Positions 40,706 through 53,021 of a stretch of 64,000 bases of DNA are shown here, piece after piece. The stretch's first letter is position 1. Every line of letters begins with the position of its first letter. The notes under the pieces are model-generated. The model worked only from the letters and a program-made list of their open reading frames with translations, had not been told where the DNA came from and did no database searches. The stretch lies in contig CM060731.1 in NCBI GenBank assembly GCA_030704615.1, forward strand, positions 43,834,001 through 43,898,000, read 5' to 3'. Made by a program: the position numbers and the translations under genes. The stretch comes from Takakia lepidozioides. Its lineage: Eukaryota > Plantae > Bryophyta.

Positions 40706-42001
40706 TCACACTGCGACAGTAATTTGACAAACTCTATCACAAGGTTGATTACTGCCACAACTTAAGCACAAATGAGGTTGGCAATGGCACAAGGGAGTTG
40801 CACAAAAATTCGACCACGGAGTGTACCACACTACAAAGTATGTTACCTGGCGAGGCTGAATGGCTCGAGGGCTGATAGCTTGTTGCCCAAATGTGGGTTG
40901 CCCTTTGAGATATTCTGGAATGCTCGGAGCCTTAGCTGCCCCTTCCAAGAAGGGCCATAAGATGGTCAGAAGAAAATTATCATTGTGCGCCTCTACAGAA
41001 CAACTTCTCCAAGGCAGTGGGAAATTGCGCTGTATGCTGGATTGTTCGACCCCTTGTGCGGGTGTGTCGTCAACAAGAAGAGTCGTTTCAGGATTCCAGT
41101 CACGGTTGCCCCGCCACACTGTAGATAGGTTCTTCAAAAACCGTGGTTTCATGGGCAGGCTCCCATCCATGTCAGTGGACTGCTCACAATATCCCCCATC
41201 CCACTTGAATGCAAGGTAACCGAGCCCATGGAAAAGCCAGTCCACTGTGGGTAGGAAGTTACATGGTTGCATACAAGACCATGCTGCCACTTCAAAGTGT
41301 TCAAAACACTTGTCCAAAAAAGCTTTGCAACCAGGCCTTACAACGACCATCTTGCTACCACATAATTTGTGCTCAAGGCCATTTGGAACCACAAACGCAT
41401 TACCGCTCCCGACATGGACGCACTCACACAGCAAGCCATTAATATCTAGGATGAGCAAATGCTTGCCCTTCTCCACTGTTCTGTGCACGACATTCTCCTT
41501 CATGAATTGGAGGTTGGGAGTGGAAGTGACAACCGTGGGTTGCTGGGTAATATCTGCCAGCGGGGAAACAAGGTCAATGTCCAGGGTTCTCTTAGATGCC
41601 CCCACCGCGACAGCAGCAGGCCGGAGTTCTGCAAGCGCCTCCACTACCGCACAGTGTGACAGAACTGCACGAGGACGCGTAAGTTCCTTGGTAGGGATGT
41701 CCTCCCCTCCACCTGGGCCAACATGCTCCACCTGCACATCATCCTCGAATGCATCAACTGGAGTGACGTTACCTGGTGACATGCCAGGCAAGTCAAACCT
41801 GTCCTCCAGACGTCTCGAGGCTGAAGGGCCAGCGATGCACGAGTTGTTTGCTATGGATGAGCCCACTAAGGCAGGTGAGGAAATGCTGATCCCAAATTTC
41901 TCTGCCATGGCCTTCTGGTACATCATCACATGCGATATTGTAGCCTTCAAATCCATTATATCTTTGTGTTGTGCACCCTGTGCTCTTTCCATATCCTCCA
42001 C
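40706..42001 (-). CDS. FCP1-homology (NIF/HAD phosphatase-like) domain ORF inside the CACTA, probably the last exon of the TnpA-like gene
   Basis: LLILDINGLL...VVRPGCKAFLDKCFEHFEVAAWS...FKWD...KPRFLKNLSTVW...TTLLVDDTP...FP...FGQQAI, domain at ~40873-41470. Confidence 0.8.
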   Translation of the reverse strand: MEDMERAQGAQHKDIMDLKATISHVMMYQKAMAEKFGISISSPALVGSSIANNSCIAGPSASRRLEDRFDLPGMSPGNVTPVDAFEDDVQVEHVGPGGGEDIPTKELTRPRAVLSHCAVVEALAELRPAAVAVGASKRTLDIDLVSPLADITQQPTVVTSTPNLQFMKENVVHRTVEKGKHLLILDINGLLCECVHVGSGNAFVVPNGLEHKLCGSKMVVVRPGCKAFLDKCFEHFEVAAWSCMQPCNFLPTVDWLFHGLGYLAFKWDGGYCEQSTDMDGSLPMKPRFLKNLSTVWRGNRDWNPETTLLVDDTPAQGVEQSSIQRNFPLPWRSCSVEAHNDNFLLTILWPFLEGAAKAPSIPEYLKGQPTFGQQAISPRAIQPRQVTYFVVWYTPWSNFCATPLCHCQPHLCLSCGSNQPCDRVCQITVAV

Positions 42002-43157
42002 TTTGGGAGCAACTGCTGAATACCCAGAGGTCCCCTCCTGCCAGGTCCACGCAAGTCCATGAACAACATGAGAACATCATGCCGTTGGTAGGGAAAATGC
42101 CTAGAACAAAATAATCGACAAAAAATGGGAGAAAGAATGATCTGCTCGAATCTCACCATCCGCTCGCTGGTCAATGTTCTGCTTACTGAACCTTCTTGGA
42201 TTTCATGCAACTTCGGCCTCGCTCCTGTGCCTGCATTGGAAATTGCCCAAGCATGAGTGCAGGCTAGTCTCCTCACCATCAAGGCATGGTTGAAACAATC
42301 AAGTGCAAATTAGCTCTTAATAATGAGTTTCATTCATTTGGGGAATGGCTTAATACAAATTATTGTGCCTCCAGAACTCAGAAAGCAACAATTTCATGGA
42401 GCTTCACAACTCTGCCAATACACATAATCTGAAATCAGAGAATGAGAGCAGCTCTCAGGCAACGACATCAACACAATATGTCTAAGCAGAAACTGGTGAA
42501 AATCACGTCGTCACATAGACCTCGCACTCCCCGAATATAACTTTCAAACGATTCTACTTGCCTTTCTTGATGAACATGAGGGACAACTTACATGAAGTTG
42601 CACCACTATCAATTGGAAGAAATACAGAAATGTAACCAAGGCATAACAAAATTGCAAAACTGGGTCTCTATCTCCTTCAAGAAGTCTGGCAAACTGTATT
42701 ACTGACCACTTGCCAGGACCAAGTAAGAAAGATTACCATTGTACTTGACGATTGCAACCTCGCCCAATTTTACAGATGACTACTACGTAGCACTCACAAA
42801 ATACTCCTTCCACAAAAAACAGTCCACAGTGTAATTCGCTATTGAAGTGACTCTTGGACACACCTCCACCCTTAAAGATGCGCTAGGTAGGGTCTCCCTG
42901 CAATAGAAAAGGCTAGTAGCACTCGGGAAACAAAGCGTAATTCAAGATACCTGCCTCCCCCCTTAAAGAAAAGCCTACAAGCACTTTCTGACAAGGTGAA
43001 TGAACACTTTAGTTCACTCCACAGGCAGCACCCCTTCAAGAAAACCCTGATTGCACTCCACATAATTTGGAGAATTCCTGGCCCAAAGCTTGGTGGCACT
43101 TCGTACTTCCCTCGTAACATGGTGTAAAATGGGGGAAATGGACACCCCATTATACAT

Positions 43158-43838
43158 TGTACTCATAAGACGTTGTTTGCCGTACCCTTGTGGCCATTGA
43201 CCCCGTGCCCAGTTTGAGCAGGAAACAAAGGAACAGAACCTACCTCAATTAGGGGTTGACGTTGGTAGTAAGACTTACCTTCATATAAAGAATTAATCCG
43301 GGTTTTCCAGATATCCTCTAGAAAACCCTTCACACAAGCATCAATCTGCTGGTGTGATTTGCACAATTCCCTTGATTGAATTGAAGAGAGCGTCTCTTTG
43401 GTGAGAGAACCCCAGACAGTGTATCAGAAAATGAATATTGTCTTCAGATTGCCCACACAACGGACAATTGCACTCTCCCTTTCCTCTCTGCTTCTGTTTG
43501 CTATTCAAAGGTAGGGTTCCTGCCCTGAGTTTAAATTTCACTATAGTGCCAAGAGTGGGTAGACCCTTGAGGTCATCCAAGATGTCCACCCCCATGTCAC
43601 TGACTGGAAACAAGTTCAGGGAAGCTCTCTGCCTAACTTCATTTTCATCACACAATCTCATGGCAATAGACATGGCTTCAGACACTACAGCCTCTAAGTC
43701 AGATTTATCCAGCAGGGTCAAGACTTGCGGATCCAGGTCCAGGTCCTTGAGAATCTTTTCTACTCTCTTCTGCCAGGACTTACCCTGTTTGACATTATAA
43801 ACAACAATCAGCCAAGGCAAAGAGGGCAAAAAGACTGG
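43158..43838 (-). mobile_element. 5'-truncated LINE fragment (same small family) in an intron of the CACTA accessory gene
   Basis: KFKLRAGTLPLNSKQKQRGKGECNCPLCGQSEDNIHFLIHC, with the same 3' terminus as 966-1515. Confidence 0.85.
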
Positions 43839-43851
43839 TGTGTGAACTTAC

Positions 43852-44620
43852 AAGCCGAGCCTCAACAGATGCCTTCCCACCACGTCCTGTTTTTGAAGGC
43901 TTCTTGATTGATGAATTTGCAACCTTCATGAGGGCACTTTTTGCGCTGAATCCTGCTATCTGCCAATACGATACCAGCCTGTCCCAATGAGCGTCCTTCA
44001 GATGCGCAGGCCTCCCCTCGCCTGCCTTGTACAGTGCATGGATCTCGTGTCTTTAAGGCAATGCCAAGTGTCTTCCTCATGTGCTCATAGTCAAGACCAC
44101 GTGGCATGTACGCAAATGTAGAGTTTAGAATCATGTATATTTCTTCAATGACAGATTCATCCTGCGCTGCAATATGCATTGACATGTCACACAAACGCCA
44201 CATCTGGCCTTTGAGGGCTGCATGCCAGGTATTGCGTGCTGGTCCAATGGGCTCTCCAGCTTTGTCAACCGGAAGCACTTGAGGGGGGAGTCCATCTTCT
44301 CTCGCGCATCATGGTTTCGGATTGCCTCTGCCCTGGCACGCTGTTCGCCCGCCTCAAAGCATTAGCTCGGTCCTTCTTGGTCATAGGGATGTCTTCCTTT
44401 GCCTCCTCAGGTGGTGGGGCAGCTGGGGGTTGCCATGGGGAATGGGGGGCGGGACGGTATCGCCCACCGTATGGCCCAAAAGGTTCGTATGGTGGACGTG
44501 TAGATGCCGGGTAAGCATATGGGTCTGGGAGGTAAGGGGGAATAGGCGGAGGAGAATGGGCCCACCTGGAGGGGGCTTGTATTGGATGTGCGGGTTGTAA
44601 GGGCCCGCAGCGCCATACTG
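43852..44620 (-). pseudogene. TnpA-like (Ptta/En/Spm-type) accessory gene exon of the CACTA, frameshifted
   Basis: A Pro-rich N-terminus is followed by GEPIGPARNTWHAALKGQMWRLCD...IEEIYMILNSTFAY and ...TGRGGKASVEARL, ending at a GTAAGT donor. Divergent from the transposase. Confidence 0.5.
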
Positions 44621-45004
44621 ATCGGGGGTGGGGTAGGCATGTGGGTAATGTGTGTACGGAGGGTACTGTGGAATAGGTCTCTAGCAAAACTCGTAAACCC
44701 AAAAGACAAGAACTAGGGCAATTCCAGGCTAAACGTATACCTCTAACATTTTTAAAGAAATGCCCTAATGACAAGCCCCTGCAATGCTCTCCTGCGAGAT
44801 AGCGGCCACAACAGTAGGGTGAGCCGCCTCTCAGTATACTCACAGTGGGTGCGAACCAAACAACTCCGCCTCAACCTCTTTGTTGCGAGCAATGCAGGTC
44901 TCCCTTAGCTTCATACGCAGTCAGGGACCGCACGGGGAGGGCCTGACCATGGCAGTCTGACATCAGCTGCAAAATACCCTTGCACACCCCCCTGTGTAAG
45001 TACG

Positions 45005-48000
45005 ATGTACACAACGAGAGCGGGGTTTTGGCTGAGAGCTCAACGACTCCGTGTGCGCAGGAAAGATGAGAAACTGTGGCGACTAGAGGAGGCGCATGCC
45101 ATTGCACAAGGGCACCGCAAATATTGTGCAACTGCAGAACTTGCCATGGAGGGATCCCGCAGTTTCTACCGATGGCCAAAAAACCTAACAAAGTATGGGA
45201 GGGACCCAACCTTCGACAGTGTACAGTCCCGGTACGCCTTGCACGATGTACGCACTCTGACATGCTCGCAGCACGCCCGCGCATGTCCGCATTTTTGGAC
45301 AGTCGTGGAGTGACTGGAGTCCGAACTACGTGTCGTTCTTCCGTTGGATGTATTGGAGTCATGGAGTCGTAGTGATGGAGTCATGTAGTTGGTAGTGCGT
45401 CAGAGTAGTCATGTCCATGACTTCATGACCGCGGATCATGGACATTTCAACTACGTGGTGTTCTTCCATTGGTTGTACTGGAGTCATGTAGTGAGGGTCA
45501 TGACTACATGGTCGTTGTTGACTGCCATGTCGGAAGCCTGGCCGCATTTTGGGCTTTGGTAGTTTGTTGCATGTGTCATGCCTTCAACGCACTGCCCACT
45601 TGGGCATATTTGTTGAGAGCTTTCACTTTGTCGGTATGTGAAGATAGCTGTCTGTATGTGGGGATGTCAATCTATCACAGAGGGTATGTTTGTTTTGTTT
45701 TCGATTCGAACTGTGTTCCTACTTTGCCATATTATATGAGAGTAGTTTTTCATTTGTCTTTGTGTGTGAGCTCCACAAGCTGCTTCAAAATGAAGACTGT
45801 GGCCGACCAATTTCGTCTCCTGATTCGCAAGTGCGGGGGAGACTTGCAGCATTCACCTCTATTGAACTAGTGCAATTCTACGTATTGTGTTTGCTTACAT
45901 GACAGTGTTTAAATGAAATTTCAGAGTCTGGGAGTTTTGAAAAAAGCCTATTCATCGTATCCCAATTTCTGATTTTCATTTGCGTTCACAGGGCTACATT
46001 ACATCCGACTCTGAAGTGGAGGCTGAATGTAGTGTAGAGAGTGTTGCAAACGACGTCAATTTGGAGGGACAAGACGGCAATGGGCTACGGGGCCAGATTG
46101 CCCGTGCTGTGCAAGATGCATTTGAAATATCAGATACCCTCCGGGAGAATCCCACACTGCCCAAATGCCCTTCACTTGGACAATGATGAGGCTGTTGAGA
46201 ATGGCGCAAATCCCTCTGAAATGCCTGATGGGGAAAATATGGGCGGAGAAGAAGCAGGCGCGCCAAATGATCTTCACCATGAAAAACTCATGCGAGAGTC
46301 CCAAATCCCCTTATACGATGGGAGCGTTCACAGCCGATTGACTGCCACATTGATGTTGCTCAATTTTGCGCCACTCACAGATGTACCAACGCATTTGTGG
46401 ATGAGTTATTTTCATTGTTGAGGCTGGAGATTTTGCCCAAACAAAACACCTTGCCCAAATCGCAGTATGAGGCCAAAAATATGATCGCCATGATGGGTCT
46501 AGGATACAAACAGATCCATGCCTGTGAGCGTGGATGTGTATGTTTCGTGGAGACCTGGAAAAGGCTGCAAATTGCCCCAAGTGCCACAGTCCTCGATACA
46601 TGGACGGCCGTGGGAAGGTGCCCAAGAAGGTGCTGCGACACTTTCCTCTCATACCTAGATTGAAACGGATGTTCCGAGTTAAGACGCTGGCAGAGCTCAT
46701 GAAGTGGCACAAACAATCATAGAAGTGCAGATGGCATGGTCCGGCATGCTGCAGACAGTAAGGCTTGGTGCCATATTGACAACACATGGCCGGATTTTGC
46801 TTCAGATCCAAGAAATCTGCGTCTTGGATTGGCACTGGATGGGGTCAATCCTTATGGCACAAAATGTGCGAGTTGGTCCACCTGGCCCATCATGGTGCTC
46901 AATTATAATCTACCTCCATGGTTGGTAACGAAGAATTTTTTTGTCATGTTAACACTCCTCATTCCTGAAAGGAATCTGTGACAAGTGAAAATGTGAATGT
47001 TTACCTGCAACCACTAGTGGAGGAGCTAACGACATTGTGGGTGGAGTTGCAGCCGTGGATGTGGCAGCCATTGAAGGAGAGCGGGCTTTTACCATGCGTG
47101 CAGTCCTCATGTGGTCCATACATGACTTCCCCGCCTATGGCTTGTTATCAGGTCAGGTTCACCAAGGGTACTCTGCTTGTCCAACATGTGGACCTCAAGT
47201 CGATCCCAGATATTCCTGATATTCCAGGGGCATCGACGGTATCTTCCCCACAATCATGCCTATAGAAGATCCAGACTTTTAATGGGCGCGAGACATGAGA
47301 CCTGCTCCACATACAGTGACAGCCACCGAAATCAAGGAGCGTGCACGACATTACAAACAATGGATTGATGATGGTGGGACTGTAGGCGCACAGAACGATC
47401 CCTCAAGCTCCATGGCGTAAAACGATTGTCCATTCTGTTTGACTTGCCTTACTGGGAGGTGCGATTACCACACCTGTGTTTTGGGAACATAACAGTGCAT
47501 TGTTTTTCATTGTGCATGATTGTTTGTTTACTGAACCTGTGCTTTTAACATCATTCATGACTACATTGCAATGTGCCTAATTTGTTAGACCACATGGTGT
47601 AGCATCTTATCATCCGCCACACTTTTGATACCATGCATTGCGAGAAGAACGTGACGGAGAACATAATGAAGACTCTTTTCGGGGAAAAGGACACGATGAA
47701 AGTTCGCCGCGATCTGGAATTGCAGGGCATTCGAAAGCCTCTTTGGTTACGACGCCATCCCACCAGAGTGGATACATTGGTAATGCCTGATGCGCCATAT
47801 GTGCTCACAAAACCAGAGCAGCGGGTGTTCCTGGAGATTATCACGAATCTGAAAGTACCCACTGGCTATGCCTCTGCTTTCAAAAAACATGTGGTCAAAC
47901 AAAAGTTGAGCCAATTGAAGTCACATGATTATCACGTGCTAATGCAACAGATCCTCCCACTTGCTCTACGTGGGTTGATGGCGCCTGGGGTTCGCAATGC

Positions 48001-49282
48001 CATACTAAGAGTGTCTCGTGTGTTTCGCAAGCTTTGTGCAAAATTGATTGATCCCACCGAGCATGAGGAATTGAAGAAGGAGGTGGCAGTGACTCTTTGT
48101 CTTCTGGAGAAAGAGTTCCCACCCTCATTTTTTGATGTTATGACACATTTACTTATCCACTTGGTGGATGAGCTGGATTTGTGTGGACCTGTAGCTTCTC
48201 GGTGGATGTACCCGGTGGAGAGAGCAATGAAGGATTTTAAAGGGTATGTGCAAAACTTGGCAAAGCCTAAGGTCAGTATGGCGGAGAGCTACGTGATTGA
48301 CGAGGCATTGGGATTTTGTACAGAGTACTTGTCTTCTGTTGATGCTACTAGGCGGAGAGTGTGGGATGCAGGAGAGGAGGAATCAGTGTCGGGCTGGGTG
48401 TTGGAAGGAGTTGTCGACCACGCAGGTTGACCGTCGAATTGTTGCAGCTTGTCCACGACTACGTCATTCACAACCATCCCAGTTTGAGCATTATGTTGGG
48501 GTAAGTGGCAAACGTGAGTGTATGTCACAGCTTCTGGTACCTGCTATGCATGGGTATGCTTTGTATAGGTGTGTGTGCAGTAGTTCTTCCATCGGCTGCA
48601 GGGGTTGCACTAGATAAATTGATGTGGTTGTGCGTGTGTTGGCAGGACCTATGAGGTGGAGAAATCCAGGTTGGAGACTGAAAATGCTGCTAACCAGAAC
48701 AGGATCCGTGCTCTCCCTCACTTTGCAGAATGGCTGGTAAAAGCAGTCCGCCAGCATGTGTCAAGTGTTGCCAACCATGCTACTGATTCAGCCTGCAAGG
48801 AATTGTTGGACATGTCCAAACCCCCATCATTAATCGCAACATCATACAAGAGCATGTCGGCTTATGGAAACCACTTCAAGGTTACTTCAGATGGACTCAA
48901 CAGCCCCTTTGTGACATATGACTCGGGGGTCTCTACTGTTTTCCAGCATGACTGTACTTGCATTTCAGGTGAGCAGGTGGTGGAAAGCGTACGGTATGTG
49001 GGTGTCATAAAGGAGATTTTAGAATTGGATTATGGCTCCACACACACCACGGTGCTATTGTGTTCATGGGTGCGTGCACAACATGTGGGCTCTCAGCCTA
49101 TGTCAATGAAGCAGGATGACTCTGGCTTCACATTGGTGAATTTCTCCCACTTGTTGCCTCCACTTGAACAGCCTTTTGTGCTCCCATCACAGGTCGAGCA
49201 AGTTTTTTTCTCTGAGTGTGTGAATGAACCGAGATGGAACGTGTCTATCTGGCAACGTGACATGACATTTATGTCACTATAG
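45005..49282 (+). pseudogene. CACTA TnpD/Tnp2 transposase (transposase-associated, Transposase_21, DUF4218 and DUF4216-like segments), with introns and frameshifts
   Basis: LCNCRTC...TKYGRDP; IHACERGC; PKKVLRHFPLIPRL; FASDPRNLRLGLALDGVNP; STWPIMVLNYNLPPW; DFPAYG; MHCEKNV; LKSHDYH; FPPSFFDVMTHLLIHL; RWMYPVER; YVGVIKEILELDY; PFVLPSQVEQVFF. Confidence 0.93.
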
Positions 49283-51407
49283 ACTTTGGAACGGCGTGCT
49301 GATTTACACATCAGTTTTGCCTTTGGGTACATTGTTGACAAAGTGCATGTGCCTTCCTGTTTACATTACATAATTGCCCCAGTGATTTTGTGGGTCTTAT
49401 ATTGGGCAGGCTCGTGTTTATGGACCATTGAATACCAGTGGAGTGCTTTTAAGCTTGGTCCCTACTTATCATGTTTGCATTTTTCCCCAAAAGAATCCGG
49501 CAATCCGCATAGATGATGCTTTGGCTGGTTGAATGGGTTCTTTGCGTAGATGCATTTTATGGGCAGTTTCTCTCATGCCCCAGCTAACACCATCTGACTC
49601 ACTTGTACAGTCCCCCATCTGTGAATGGCTCGAGCAGGGTGCAGTACATTCAGCACTACACTGCTGGTGCCCTGCAGGTGTTCCATGCCTTGCACCACAT
49701 CATTATTTCCTGATGTCATCCTGCTGTTGTTCTAGCTTGGGGCAGGTCATTGGGGATATGTACATTAGAGAGAAGAACATGAGCTGTTATCTCAGTTGTT
49801 TTATCATACAAGAAGCTTTCTTCATGGGCTCTCCCATTCTTAGAACACCCCCCATGGCAAAGTGGGGATCGAACAGCCCGTATTGCGAAGCTTCTATTCC
49901 AGTACCACACGGCGTGGAGCTCCGGGACGGCCTGCTACAGCGCAGATTGCACAAGGCAATATGTTAGAGTGTCTTGGATTTCATATTTTGTTGGTGTTCT
50001 TGGTCACTGGTCAAAGACTTTTGTTGAGCAATGTTTTGCATCACTGTCATGAGTGAAATCTATGATTTGCATGAATTTGCCTATCCCCTGAATGCATCAT
50101 TTGTTCGTCTGTCATTCCGCAGTATGAGGCTTGTTTTTTATGTTGTCCGCGATCAACAAACACTAAAATGCACGTCGCCATTTGAACGTAACGTCACAAA
50201 CAGATGCGGTTCCAGATCGCCTCTCTAGCATGTTGGCTTCACGTTCCATTCTTCTCCACAAAGCGCAAACGGCCTACTAATCTGCTTCGTGTGCAACCGT
50301 TCCCTTCACTTGCATCCCCCGCACCACAATATCAAAACCACTTAACCAATCATATGTAGACACCTCATAAGTTGTTCCATGTCACAGACTCTCCATGTCA
50401 TCACGACATGTGATGATCTGGCATAATGCATTAGAGTGGCAGTGATGAAGTCATATGTCCGTCTAGCAATATGCACACGTCATTCTAGTATGGGCATGAC
50501 CCTGACTGGTAGTCATATCCGCCATGGCAATATTCCTGGTCAAAGGGTGTTTGACCTGTGTTGCGCAAAGTTCGGAGTCATACAGTCGCATAAATGGCTT
50601 CGTCGTGATCTATGTTATGACTTCAAAAGGCATTTACGACTGCAAATGGCATATCTGCCACAAATTTGTCGTGACTGCGCACCCATGGGAGTCATAAAAG
50701 CCGCAATCTGTTGTAGTGTAGTCATGACTAATATTTAGGGATCTGCCATCTTACCGGTCCTGTAGTCTCATTTTTCTCAATTTTTAGCAATGCCGCTACT
50801 CTAACCCTTACTTTCTTCTAGCTACGGCACCCGCCATGGCGCGAGCTCCAACTCGTCGCGCAGCTACGCAGCTGCCTTGCTGCTCTTCTTCCTTCTACCT
50901 GCTCAGAAAGATCAACCTCTTTTCAAAGCTCCGTTTTAGCTATCTTTCCATAGTTCTCTCCTGTTGTTTTCTTATCCTCTTGTTTTCAATGGCTGTTCAC
51001 AATCGGCTATCCACCCGTCTGCATGCTCAACCCGCGTCCCAGGAGTCCTCTGTGTGCTACGACACCAAGCTACTCAGTTGGGATATCTCCCATCCCCCCT
51101 CTCTGTATCAAGCTTGGAGCCCAGCTTCGATTGATCTCCCTAAGGCGACACATCTTTACCATCGACCAGTTCAGGTTGCCAGCGAGCTCTATAGTGTGTC
51201 CTGGAAGACCTCGGGGCGCCTCACCCTTCAGCACCCAATGACAATCTGTACTCACAACGGGGAGGTTACTACCGCCCCCACGCACAACATATTCATTATC
51301 CCAAGTGGCGATCTTGAAAGTATGAGGGTTCTTTGCCCTTATGGTTCCTCCCACCGATTGCATGTCGGCAGTTTCACAACCTTTATGTTTCACTGCTATC
51401 ACTTTGA

Positions 51408-53021
51408 ATGCGGGGTGACTTCTTTTCATTACGGACTACTCCACCGCTGCTGCCTCCGCTTCAGGACTATCGCAGCCCCCGGAGGCAAGCATACAGACAA
51501 CACTTCAGGGTTACATTGCATGCCCACGCAGCTGAGAGCGCGCTTTTCTTGCACCGAGTGCTACCTACTTTTTGGCTCACGACAGCACCTTGGCAAGCTC
51601 GGAGGCTTCACCCCTATCTCTTGCGCCCTTTTGACCTTCAACCGACGAATCTGACTTCAAAGGCTACCCGCGTGAGGAGTTGGAGCTCGATCACCGTAGC
51701 TTCCCTCACCTCACACCACCTCCAACTAGCTACATGCCGTAATACCAAGGCAACATCCCAACAACAGGTCTTCACTCCTTCTTTGTTATGGGCCCATTAC
51801 GGATGTTTCAGGAGCTCCCCTACTTATAAACGACTCCTAATTACCAAGAACGCTGGAATTGTACCAACTTTCACTCTGAACAATACCCTGGTGGACTTGT
51901 ATGCAAAATGTGGGTGCATCGAGGATGCACAGGGAATGTTTGACATTATGGCTAAACAAGATACGGTGTCGTGGAATGCGAGGCTTGAAGAATCTGCTGC
52001 AGCTGTACCAAATGTCATTCTGCACACTACCCTGGCAGATTTGGACAAGGGCAATGAGGCCCATGGCGACATCTACAGAGCTGGAATTGTACCAACTGTT
52101 ACTCTGAACAATACCCTTGCGGACATGTATGCAAAATGCGGGTGCATCGTGGATGCAAAGGGAGTGTTTGACACTATGGCTGAACGAGATATGGTATCGT
52201 GGAATGTGATGCTTAAAGATTTTGCTGTAGTTGTACCAAATGTCACTCTGCACACTGCCCTGGCAGACCTGGAAATGGGCAACGAGGTCCATGGAGACAT
52301 CTTCAGAGCTGGAATTGTACCAACTGTCATGCTGAATAATACCCTGATGGACATGTATGCAAAATGTGGATGCATCGAGGATGCAAAGGGAATGTTTGAC
52401 TCTATGGCTGAACGTGATTTGGTGTCGTGGAATGTGATGCCTGCAGGTGTTGCTGTAGTTGTACCAAATGTCACTCTACACCCTGCCCTGGCAGATCTGG
52501 GAAAGGGCAAAGAGGTCCATGGCGACATCTTCAGAGCTGAAATTGTACCAACTGTCACTCTGTTGGTGGACATGTATGCAAAATGTGGGTGCATCGAGGA
52601 TGCAAAGGGAGTGTTTGACACTATGGCTGAACGTGATCTGGTGTCGTGGAATGCGGTGCGTGCAGGTGTTGCTGTCACTGTACCAAATGTCACTCTACAC
52701 ACTGCCCTGGCCGATCTGGGAAAGGGCAAAGAGGCCCACGACGACATCTTCAGAGCTGAAATTGTGCCAACTGTCACTCTGAACAATACCCTGGTGGACA
52801 TGTATACAAAATGTGGGTGCATCGAGGATGCTAAGGGAGTGTTTGACACTATGGCTAAACGCGATTTGGTGCCGTGGAATGCGATGCTTGCAGGTGGTGC
52901 TGTAGTTGTTCCAAATGCCACTCTACACACTGCCCTGGCAGATCTGGGAAAGGGCAAAGTGGTCCATGGCGACATCTTCAGAGCTGGTGCGCTAGAAAAT
53001 AGAAGCAATATTATCAAATGA
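51408..53021 (+). CDS. Open 537-aa ORF with five tandem 76-aa PPR-derived units, in the LINE 5' region
   Basis: Units start at 51852, 52080, 52308, 52536 and 52755 (228 bp each, one 219 bp). Consensus [74 protein letters not shown]. No stops. Confidence 0.8.
   Translation: [537 protein letters not shown]

Larger units (their letters stand above)
38866..50718 (+). mobile_element. CACTA/EnSpm DNA transposon (11,853 bp) inserted ~80 bp into the LINE
   Basis: TIRs CACAACAACAGATTGCGGCT / AGCCGCAATCTGTTGTAGTG (19/20). 3-bp TSD TAG (38863-38865, 50719-50721). Tnp2-type transposase inside. Confidence 0.95.

Noticed and set aside
41247-42062. 271-aa plus-strand ORF
   Set aside because: It is antisense to the FCP1-like ORF and is Ser/Thr-rich with no recognisable domain.
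52073-53017. 314-aa minus-strand ORF
   Set aside because: It is the antisense shadow of the tandem PPR ORF and has no independent motifs.
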